A stretch of DNA of 64,000 bases from Gemmatimonadota bacterium (GTDB lineage: Bacteria > Gemmatimonadota > Gemmatimonadetes > Gemmatimonadales > GWC2-71-9): positions 23,259 through 87,258 of the forward strand of contig QHUB01000013.1 in assembly GCA_003221035.1 (NCBI GenBank), in the 5' to 3' direction. A program made the translations under genes and the position numbers. Shown here piece by piece: positions 30,440 to 38,217 of this stretch; within the stretch, counting starts at the first letter, position 1; the number at the start of each line of letters is the position of its first letter. The notes under the pieces were generated by a model that was given only the letters and a program-made list of their open reading frames with translations, made no database searches and was not told where the DNA came from.

Positions 30440-32476
30440 TCACCCAATCAGCGCGAGCGCGTCGTGCATCGCGGCCGCGGTCGCGTAACGATCGGCGGGC
30501 TTTTTCGCCATCGCCTTCAGGACGACCACCGCGAGCGATTCCGGCACCTCACCATTGAAGCTGCGCGGATCCGGCGGCTGCTCTTCGAGATGCTTCGCCA
30601 CGAGCGCCCAGGTCGTGTCCGCTTCGAACGGCACGCGTCCCGTGAGGCACTCGAACAGCACGACGCCGACCGCGTACAGGTCGCTGCGCGCATCGAGCTC
30701 GCCGCCCGCCAGCTGTTCGGGTGACATGTAGTCGGGCGTTCCGATCGACGTCCCTGCCTCGGTCAGTCCCTTCCCTTTAGGCGGATTCGCAAGCCGCGCG
30801 ATCCCGAAATCCATCACTTTCAGAAAGCCGCTCGGCTCTACCACGATGTTCTGCGGCTTGATGTCGCGATGGATCACGCCCTCGGCGTGCGCGACTTCGA
30901 GCGCGCGACACACCTGCTTGCCTACGGTCAGCGTGACGGAGAGCGGGAGATTGCCCCGCGACATGATGAGCTGCTTGAGCGACGTGCCTTCGACGTACTC
31001 CATGGTCAGGTAGTACATCCCGTTCTGCTCGCCCAGATCGTGAGTGCGCACCACGTTGCGATGCGCGATGCGGCGCGCCAGCCGGATTTCCTGCTTGAAG
31101 CGGTCGAGCGCCGCCGGGCCGCCCGCCATCGCTTCGGGCTTGAGCGTCTTGATCGCCACCGGCTCCTGCAGCTCGCGGTCGAACGCTCGGTACACGACGC
31201 CCATGCCGCCCGCGCCCAGGATCTCCTTCACCTCGTATCGTCCCGCGAACACGGCGCCCGGACGCAGCTGCTCGCCGCCGACCGCGCGCACCGCCGTCGG
31301 CACGGTCTCGATGCGCTGCGTCGGCGCGCCTCCTGACGTCTGCATCATGTATTCGACGAGCGCCGCTTTCGCCTTGAGATCGTCCACCAGGCTCTTGAAC
31401 GCCTTCGACAGAATGCCGATCTCGTCGCGCGACTTCACGGCGATCTCGACGCTGTAATCGCCTTCTTGCACCTGGCGTGTCGCGATCGCGAGCCGCCGCA
31501 CCGGGCCGGCAATCTGCCGCGCCTGCACGAATGCAAAGATCAACGCCAGCCCGATGCCGAGGACGACGGCCCACAGCATCGTCCGCTGCAGCGCGTTGAA
31601 CACCGCGAGCTCCGATTCGCGCGAACGTAGCGCCACGAATCCGCCGCGAACATCGCCGCTGGGGGAGCGGATCGCGCCGGCGAGACCGATCAGGTGCTGG
31701 CTGCCCAGCGACGCGGCGAGCGCCATGCCCTCGCCCCCGGTGTCGGCGGCGAGCGCTTCGGCTTTGACGCCGCTTTGAAGCGCGGGTGAGATGTCCTGCG
31801 CGGGCAACGTGCTCCCGACGACGACCGGCTTGTCGAGCGTATCGAGCGCGAAGAACACGACGTCCGAATTGGTCGCCTGCTTGATGGCCGCGGCGAGCGA
31901 ATCGTCGACCTGGTAGGTGGACACGAGCGCGCCGAGCGGCGCCGCGGTCGGGCGATCGCGCAGCGGCGTTCCGATCGCCATGTACATCGTCCCCCGGACA
32001 TCATCCAGCCACGCGCCGCTCGTTTGATCGCCGCTCAGCGCGTTGGCGACCAGGGGCGCGATGGACATGTCGCGGTCGTATTGCTCGCGATAGTCCGTGC
32101 GTGCGATGAGGATGCCGTCGCTGTTGGTCACGAGCACCCACGCCGCGCCGATCAGCCCGCGGATGTCGTCCGCCTGGTCGAGCGCCTCGGCGCGGGCCCG
32201 CTGATTGAGCAGCCGCTGGCGGTATTGGGGCACGTCGGTCGCCACGGTGCTCGCGCGGCCCAGCGTGCGCGTGCGCGCCGCCAGATAATCATCCACGGCG
32301 CGGCGCGTCGAAAGCAGCGCGCGATGGATCGAAGCGTCGGCGGTGTGATTGGCCTTGACGGACGTGACGCCGAACGTGATGCCCAGGACCGCCACCACGA
32401 GCAGCGTCGAAGCGAGAAAGATCTTCGCCGTCAGCCCGAACGCGGGGCGGACGCTAGTACCGCTCGCGCCCGGCAT
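30440..32476 (-). CDS. membrane sensor Ser/Thr protein kinase: TM, periplasmic sensor, TM, HAMP, Hanks kinase
   Basis: Start taken at ATG 32476 (the track starts at 32536). HAMP PVRRLAIATRQVQEGDYSVEIAVKSRDEIGILSKAFKSLVDDL. Kinase motifs GAGGMGVVY, VAIK, HRDIKPQN, DFGIA and GTPDYMSPE at the C-terminus. Confidence 0.85.
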   Translation of the reverse strand: MPGASGTSVRPAFGLTAKIFLASTLLVVAVLGITFGVTSVKANHTADASIHRALLSTRRAVDDYLAARTRTLGRASTVATDVPQYRQRLLNQRARAEALDQADDIRGLIGAAWVLVTNSDGILIARTDYREQYDRDMSIAPLVANALSGDQTSGAWLDDVRGTMYMAIGTPLRDRPTAAPLGALVSTYQVDDSLAAAIKQATNSDVVFFALDTLDKPVVVGSTLPAQDISPALQSGVKAEALAADTGGEGMALAASLGSQHLIGLAGAIRSPSGDVRGGFVALRSRESELAVFNALQRTMLWAVVLGIGLALIFAFVQARQIAGPVRRLAIATRQVQEGDYSVEIAVKSRDEIGILSKAFKSLVDDLKAKAALVEYMMQTSGGAPTQRIETVPTAVRAVGGEQLRPGAVFAGRYEVKEILGAGGMGVVYRAFDRELQEPVAIKTLKPEAMAGGPAALDRFKQEIRLARRIAHRNVVRTHDLGEQNGMYYLTMEYVEGTSLKQLIMSRGNLPLSVTLTVGKQVCRALEVAHAEGVIHRDIKPQNIVVEPSGFLKVMDFGIARLANPPKGKGLTEAGTSIGTPDYMSPEQLAGGELDARSDLYAVGVVLFECLTGRVPFEADTTWALVAKHLEEQPPDPRSFNGEVPESLAVVVLKAMAKKPADRYATAAAMHDALALIG

Positions 32477-33146
32477 TCGTGGGATAGTTCCGGCCGTATT
32501 TGTTGTGGTGGGGCTGCCATTTGTAGCCGCGGGCATTCAGCGCGATCTGCAGGTCCTCATTGCCGCCGGAGGAAACGTCCTTGACCACTTCGCTGGGGAT
32601 GCGCTCGTGCCAGGCATGGAGGCGATAGCGGCCCGCGGGCACGTTGTCGATGGCGAAGCTGCCGTCGTTCCCCGGCTGCGCGAAGTAGCGGTTCTCCATC
32701 ACCAGCACGTACGCCACCATGCGCGGATGCACGTTGCAGTACACGCGCACGAGGCCCGGATGGGCGAAGGTGTAGCTCTTCGCCTCACCGCGCCCGTAGA
32801 GCCCGAGGTCGAAACTGTTGGGCTCGCTCACGGAAAAGACGTTGTGATTGAACGGATCGTGGTTCGGAAAGCGGACCGTCGAGCCCACAGGCACGACGAC
32901 GACATGCGGCGCGTAGGTCTTGTCGGTGATTGCGATTTCAACGGTCGTGGGCTGCGCCGCCGTGGAGACTGTGGCGGGGGCTTCGAGATAGAGCACGGCA
33001 TCACTGAGGTCGGGCGAGGTCTTGTTGTCCTTCTCGAGAATCACGATATGCCCAGCCACCCGACCGGCGGCTGATCCCTTGCCCGCCGGAACGGCCGCCT
33101 GTCCCACAAGCGCAAGCAGCGTAATGAGTCCCGCCGACACCCGCAT
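32454..33146 (-). CDS. secreted cupredoxin (type-1 copper) protein with CarboxypepD_reg-like C-terminal domain
   Basis: Start at ATG 33146 (signal MRVSAGLITLLALVGQA). Copper-ligand pattern NHDPFNHNVF ... YCNVHPRM (amicyanin-like C-x2-H-P-x-M). Paralog of 40787..41497. Its 3' end overlaps the kinase start. Confidence 0.65.
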   Translation of the reverse strand: MRVSAGLITLLALVGQAAVPAGKGSAAGRVAGHIVILEKDNKTSPDLSDAVLYLEAPATVSTAAQPTTVEIAITDKTYAPHVVVVPVGSTVRFPNHDPFNHNVFSVSEPNSFDLGLYGRGEAKSYTFAHPGLVRVYCNVHPRMVAYVLVMENRYFAQPGNDGSFAIDNVPAGRYRLHAWHERIPSEVVKDVSSGGNEDLQIALNARGYKWQPHHNKYGRNYPTNAGRERY

Positions 33147-33223
33147 CGCAAATCTCCGGAAAACTGTTGCGTCTAAGGGCGTGGAGCTTACTGTAGTGCT
33201 ACCTAACTCGCCAGGAGCGAGCC

Positions 33224-34375
33224 GTGATGCAGGTCTTGCTGCTGATCGCACTTACGACACAACAGCCTGCGTCACCTCCGCCTCCACCACCGGCGGCCAA
33301 GCCCACGATCGAATTCACCGGCACCGTGCTGATGAACGGGTTCTATAATAGCGCCCGCACCAACAACAGCGACGTCCCGGTCTTCGCCGACACCGACGCC
33401 GTCGGCATCTCGGGCGCCAGCGCGACGATGCGGCAAACGCGGCTCGGCGCCTTCGTCACAGATCCCGACGTCTTGGGCGGCAGTTTCAGCGGTGAAATCG
33501 ATCTGGACTTTTTTGGAGGCCAGCAACCGGCGCCCGGGAATCGCACCTTTCCGCTGATCCGCTTGCGCCGCGCCATCGCGACCGTGGAATGGACGCATCT
33601 GCAGCTGATGTTCGGTCAGGAGACACCGCTCGTCTCCGACCGCAATCCCCGCTCGCTTGCCGGCGTCGCGATTCCCGATTTCAGCACGGCCGGCAATTTG
33701 TGGTTTTGGCTTCCACAGGTGCGGGTGACGGCCCAGTACGGCACCGACATGCGGTTCGCCATACAAGGCGCCGTCCTCGCCCCGATTTCCGGCGCGATCC
33801 AGGGACCGGTGGCGACGCAGCCCGACTCCGGCGAACGCACGAACCGGCCTTACCTCGAAGGGCGGCTGCGGCTCGGGTGGGGGCCCAGCGACGATCCGAG
33901 TGAGGTCGCGATCGGCGGGCACATCGGCTGGTTGCGCGGCGTCTACAACGCCGGCACCGATTCGATGATCCAGTCGCACGCGATCACCTTCGACACGCGC
34001 ATCAAGCTCGGGCGCGCCGAGCTCATCGGCGAGGCCTTTTCCGGCCAGGCGATTTCCGGGCTCGGCGGTGGCGGCATCGGCCAGTACGCAGGCACCGGCG
34101 GAGCCCCGGTCCACACCACGGGCGGTTGGGGTCAGCTGAATCTTCGTGCCAACCCGGCCTGGATGTTCGGCGGTGGCTGCGGAATCGATGATCCGAAAGA
34201 CAGCGACGTGCTGGCGACCGGCCGCTTCCGCAACTTCGTCTGCGAGAGCCACGTGGAGTGGCGGCCGCCCGGTCCTCTGATCTTTGGATTCGAATACCGG
34301 CGGCTCAAGACGCGGTATGCGGCCGGCGACTTCACCGCCAACCATGTGAACCTGGCGGCGGGCTTCCGCTTCTAG
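33224..34375 (+). CDS. putative outer-membrane porin (beta-barrel)
   Basis: AGGAG lies 9 nt upstream of ATG 33227 (GTG at 33224). Signal plus Pro-rich linker, alternating beta pattern, and C-terminal NLAAGFRF aromatic end. Confidence 0.55.
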   Translation: MMQVLLLIALTTQQPASPPPPPPAAKPTIEFTGTVLMNGFYNSARTNNSDVPVFADTDAVGISGASATMRQTRLGAFVTDPDVLGGSFSGEIDLDFFGGQQPAPGNRTFPLIRLRRAIATVEWTHLQLMFGQETPLVSDRNPRSLAGVAIPDFSTAGNLWFWLPQVRVTAQYGTDMRFAIQGAVLAPISGAIQGPVATQPDSGERTNRPYLEGRLRLGWGPSDDPSEVAIGGHIGWLRGVYNAGTDSMIQSHAITFDTRIKLGRAELIGEAFSGQAISGLGGGGIGQYAGTGGAPVHTTGGWGQLNLRANPAWMFGGGCGIDDPKDSDVLATGRFRNFVCESHVEWRPPGPLIFGFEYRRLKTRYAAGDFTANHVNLAAGFRF

Positions 34376-34749
34376 GAGATCTTCAACGCGCGCTGGCAAT
34401 AGCGGCACGCGACATTGCGCGGCACGTGCCAGCGTCCCCCGGTCTCGAGCTTCTGCGGTTTGCCGCAATCGGGACACGTCCCTTCGACGGCGACGGCGAC
34501 CTGTTGCGCCCCGAGGCGCTCGAAAAACGTGTAGGCGCCGTAGAGCGCGAAGGACGGGACCAGCAGAAAGTGCGCGACCGGAATGAAGATGCTGCCGATA
34601 GCGGCAGCCCAGAACGTCACCAGCCCCTTCAGCGCGCGTTTCATGCGCTCGGGCTTGTCGAATGATCGAATCATCGCGGTCGCGGTACTCGGAGTCGGGT
34701 TGTATCCGGTCAGCTGATAGGTCTGTGTGGTCTCAGTCATCTCCGCCAT
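34372..34749 (-). CDS. hypothetical membrane protein with C-terminal CxxC...CxxC zinc-ribbon
   Basis: Two TM helices, then GTCPDCGKPQ...ACRYCQRAL. The start overlaps the ClC gene end by 17 nt. Confidence 0.5.
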   Translation of the reverse strand: MAEMTETTQTYQLTGYNPTPSTATAMIRSFDKPERMKRALKGLVTFWAAAIGSIFIPVAHFLLVPSFALYGAYTFFERLGAQQVAVAVEGTCPDCGKPQKLETGGRWHVPRNVACRYCQRALKIS

Positions 34750-36571
34750 TGCCTCTGCTCTTCCGCCGCAGGCGCATCGCCACCCGGCTGCGCAATCCCT
34801 TCAATCCGCCGCTGAGCCATCCCGAATCGCGCGTCTGTTCCTCGCGCGTCGCATACAGCCACACGGCCATCACGCCGGCGCGGCCCAGCAACCCCACGAG
34901 TTTGGCGGGATCGGCGCGATCGACGACCGGGAGTCGCCCGATGTCGTGCTCGATCATTTTCGTCGTCGCGTCGTCGAGCAGCTCGTCTTCATAGGTAACG
35001 ATCAGCCGCTGGCTGCCGATGTCGCCCACCGTCGTATTGTCGTCATCACGCTCGAAGGCCCGCACGAGGTCGCCACGGGTCACGACGCCAACCAGGCGAT
35101 CGGTCTCGTCCACCACGGGCCACTCTTGTCGTCGCGCGAGCACGGGATCCTCGTCGGCAAGCCGCTCGAATAGCCCATCCACCGGAAGCGACGCCGGAAC
35201 GGTCGGCACATCCTTCTCCATCACATCCGACACGCGGACGAGGTGGAGCGGATTGACGCTGTACTCGCGGGTCACATGCGTACCGCGTCGCGCGATCTTT
35301 TCCGTGAGGATCGAGCGCTTCATCAGCAGCACCGTGACCGCGTCGGCCGCGAACGCGGCGATCAAGAGTCCCGGCAGGATGTTGATGTCGTGCGTCGCCT
35401 CGGTCATGAACGCGATCGCCGTGAACGGCGCGCCCATGGTGCCCGCCATCATCGCGCCCATCGCCAGGGTGGCCCAGAGCCCCGCGTCTCCGGACGGCAG
35501 CAGCGGCGCGACGAGCGCGCCCAGCGCCCCGCCCATGAGGAGCAGCGGCGCGAGCACGCCCCCGGAGTTTCCCGAGCCGAGCGATGCCGACCAGATCACC
35601 GCTTTGGTGATCAGCAGGCCGAGCACGAACAGACCCACCAGGCGTCCGTTCAGCTCGTCGCGGATGACGTCGTAGCCGACGCCGAGCGCGTGCGGGTAGA
35701 ACAGGCCGCCGAGCCCGACGACGATGCCGCCGATGGCCGGCCACCACATCCAGTGGATCGGCAGCTTCTCGAAGAGATCTTCGCAGACATAGACGAGCCG
35801 CGTGATCAATCCCGACGCGAAACCCACGACCAGTCCCACCGCGAGCGCGCCGCCCAGAGCGACGAGACCCAGTGGCGCATGGGGCACGGTGAGGAAGACG
35901 GGACCCGGGCCCATCAGTGGAACACGCAGCGCGCCCGCCACAGCAGCGGCGGTGGCGACGGGAATGAAGCTCCGCGGCTTCCACTCGAACAGCAGCAGCT
36001 CGACCGCCAGCAGCACCGACGCGACCGGGGCCGCGAAAATCGCCGCCATCCCGCCGGCCGCGCCCGCGACCAGCAGCGTCTTGCGCTCCGGCGCCGACAG
36101 GTGAAATGCCTGTCCGAACAACGAGCCGAACGCACCGCCCGTCATGATGATCGGCCCCTCGGCGCCGAACGGTCCGCCCGCGCCGATCGAGATCGCGGAT
36201 GACAGCGGCTTCAAGACCGCGACCTTCGGTTCCATCCGGCTGCGCCCGATCAGAATCGCCTCGAGCGCCTCGGGAATGCCGTGTCCCCGGATCTTCTCGG
36301 AGCCGTAGCGCGCCATCAGCCCGATGATCAATCCGCCGAGCACCGGAATGAACAGCGCCCAGATGCCGAGATGATTGTTTGCGGGAGACGACAGCTCGCC
36401 CGCCGTGAAGCGACCGAAGTAGAAGACGTTGGTGAAGAAGCTGATCAGCTTGGTGAGGATGAGGGCGACGCAGGCGCTGGCAACGCCGATGAGGGCCGCC
36501 ATGGCGGCCAGGACGAGCACTCTTGGATTCGCGGTGAAGTCACCCCGATGGGTATGGGCAACGGCGGTCAT
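34733..36571 (-). CDS. ClC family chloride channel/antiporter with tandem CBS domains
   Basis: Start at ATG 36571 (MTAVAHTHRG); the track extension to 36643 has poor third-position G+C. GHGIPEAL, GGPFGAEGP and GSGNSGGVLAPLL motifs. The C-terminal CBS pair follows VSDVMEKDVPTV. Confidence 0.85.
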   Translation of the reverse strand: MTAVAHTHRGDFTANPRVLVLAAMAALIGVASACVALILTKLISFFTNVFYFGRFTAGELSSPANNHLGIWALFIPVLGGLIIGLMARYGSEKIRGHGIPEALEAILIGRSRMEPKVAVLKPLSSAISIGAGGPFGAEGPIIMTGGAFGSLFGQAFHLSAPERKTLLVAGAAGGMAAIFAAPVASVLLAVELLLFEWKPRSFIPVATAAAVAGALRVPLMGPGPVFLTVPHAPLGLVALGGALAVGLVVGFASGLITRLVYVCEDLFEKLPIHWMWWPAIGGIVVGLGGLFYPHALGVGYDVIRDELNGRLVGLFVLGLLITKAVIWSASLGSGNSGGVLAPLLLMGGALGALVAPLLPSGDAGLWATLAMGAMMAGTMGAPFTAIAFMTEATHDINILPGLLIAAFAADAVTVLLMKRSILTEKIARRGTHVTREYSVNPLHLVRVSDVMEKDVPTVPASLPVDGLFERLADEDPVLARRQEWPVVDETDRLVGVVTRGDLVRAFERDDDNTTVGDIGSQRLIVTYEDELLDDATTKMIEHDIGRLPVVDRADPAKLVGLLGRAGVMAVWLYATREEQTRDSGWLSGGLKGLRSRVAMRLRRKSRGNGGDD

Positions 36572-36582
36572 CTGACAGCAAT

Positions 36583-36696
36583 CTACCCCGGCAGGGAAGG
36601 AGGTTTCCGTTTGCGATATGCCACAATAGCGATGACGGCGCAAAACACGAAGGCCGGCACCATGAGGATGACCATGGCGGTCATCATCGCATGCAT
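36583..36696 (-). CDS. candidate 37-aa single-TM small protein downstream of the oxidase genes
   Basis: Hand-found ORF, below the track size cut-off. Sequence MHAMMTAMVILMVPAFVFCAVIAIVAYRKRKPPSLPG begins 11 nt after the CoxIV stop. Hydrophobic helix plus basic tail. Better third-position G+C than the overlapping ClC N-terminal extension frame. Confidence 0.35.
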   Translation of the reverse strand: MHAMMTAMVILMVPAFVFCAVIAIVAYRKRKPPSLPG

Positions 36697-36707
36697 CGAG
36701 GACGAGC

Positions 36708-36989
36708 TCAAGGAGAGGTCAGGCGCTGCCGCAACAGCCGAAACGCGTCGAACCAGAAGTGATCCATCAGCAGCACGGTGAGTACGACGGCGAGGACAAT
36801 GCTCCAGACAAAAATGCGCCGTTCATACCTGAGGTGCATGAAGTACAGCAGGCCGAGTGCCGCCTCGATCAGGGCGAGGAGGAGCAATCCCGAGAGGAGC
36901 ACGCCGGTCCGAACCCGCAGCAGCGCGAGAGACACCTCCAGCGCGACGATGGCGAGCAATCCGAGCCAGATTACGACGTAGCGTTTCAT
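36708..36989 (-). CDS. cytochrome c oxidase subunit IV (prokaryotic COX4_pro-like)
   Basis: 93 aa with three TM helices, positioned directly after the subunit III genes. Confidence 0.65.
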   Translation of the reverse strand: MKRYVVIWLGLLAIVALEVSLALLRVRTGVLLSGLLLLALIEAALGLLYFMHLRYERRIFVWSIVLAVVLTVLLMDHFWFDAFRLLRQRLTSP

Positions 36990-37013
36990 CTCGCGTTCTC
37001 GACTCCGCTCCCG

Positions 37014-37643
37014 TCAGCGCAGGTTGAGCAAATAGATCAATGGAAATACGAACATCCACACCAGGTCGACGAAATGCCAGTACAGACCAGTCGTCTCCAG
37101 GTGCCCCGCGTCAAAGCGCCCGCGCCGATACCCCAGCGCGATGACACCGATCACGGCCACCCCGCTGACCACGTGCAAGAGGTGAAGTCCCGTCACACCG
37201 AAGAACGTGGCGCCGACGAGCGGAGTCCCGCCCAGCGGGTTCCGGAAGAGACGCCACCCTGCGCCGATCATCGAGCTCCATTCCCGCAGGTGCAGACCCG
37301 CGAACAGCGTCCCCAGTCCCATCGTGGCGACCAGCCAGCGCAGCGCGTCCCGGCTGCGACCTGCCTGAGCCGCCAACACGGCCCCGATCATCGTGAGGCT
37401 GCTCGTCAACAGGATCACCGTCATCACAATCGCGTTCGCGATGCTCGGCCAAAACGCGAACGGCCGGGTCCAATCGGGATTGGCGACGCGCACATACCCG
37501 TAGGCAAACAGCAGCGCCGCGAATGTCGCCGCGTCCGCAACGATGAACATCCAGATCGCCAGCTTGCGCGACGTCACGCCGAACGGGGACGGCTCACTCC
37601 CGGCCGCATGCGCGTCGGCGGCGGCTACGCCGGGCTCAACCAC
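37014..37643 (-). CDS. ctaE: cytochrome c oxidase subunit III
   Basis: FIVADAATFAALLFAY, GLHLLHVVSGV and YWHFVDLVWMFVF motifs. Confidence 0.85.
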   Translation of the reverse strand: MVEPGVAAADAHAAGSEPSPFGVTSRKLAIWMFIVADAATFAALLFAYGYVRVANPDWTRPFAFWPSIANAIVMTVILLTSSLTMIGAVLAAQAGRSRDALRWLVATMGLGTLFAGLHLREWSSMIGAGWRLFRNPLGGTPLVGATFFGVTGLHLLHVVSGVAVIGVIALGYRRGRFDAGHLETTGLYWHFVDLVWMFVFPLIYLLNLR

Positions 37644-38217
37644 GGAGGGTCAGCAATGTGAGGAGGTACAGCCAGAGGACCGCCATGAAATGCCAGTAGA
37701 GGGACGCCGCGTTATACGGGACGAACGAGACCACGCCGGCGCGCATCCGGTGTCGCACGTAGACGAGCCCGCTCATGCCACCCAGCACGTGAGCGGCATG
37801 AAGCGCGGTGAGCACGTAGAAGAAAGCGCTGCTGGGCCCCCCGATCTCCTGAGTCATGAGCTGCCGCCATGCGATGACCTGACCCATCACGAACAACCCG
37901 CCGAGTATCGTCGTGAGCGACAGCGCGAGAGGCGCCCGTCCGGGGTGACGGCGCCCGGTTTCGAGCGTGAGACTGCTGCCGAGCAGCACGAGCGTGTTGA
38001 TGTACAGGAGTGCGGGAAGGTGCAGATGGTGCCAATCGGGCGCGTCGCTCGCACGGACCACGAGCGCGCTGGTGAGCGCCGCAAAGGTCATCGAAATCGC
38101 GCCGATCCCGATCCAAACACCGGTTTCCGCAACGCGACTCGAGGCGGGCCGGCCAAGCCCGGTCGCTACCGGGACGGCCGGTGGGGCGGGCGGCGGCGGA
38201 GCGAGTGCCGTGGTCAT
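37636..38217 (-). CDS. second cytochrome c oxidase subunit III-like protein
   Basis: Start at ATG 38217, in an ATGA overlap with the ctaD stop. ALHAAHVLGG and LYWHFMAVLWLYL motifs. The track extension to 38367 lies inside ctaD. Confidence 0.75.
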   Translation of the reverse strand: MTTALAPPPPAPPAVPVATGLGRPASSRVAETGVWIGIGAISMTFAALTSALVVRASDAPDWHHLHLPALLYINTLVLLGSSLTLETGRRHPGRAPLALSLTTILGGLFVMGQVIAWRQLMTQEIGGPSSAFFYVLTALHAAHVLGGMSGLVYVRHRMRAGVVSFVPYNAASLYWHFMAVLWLYLLTLLTLRG

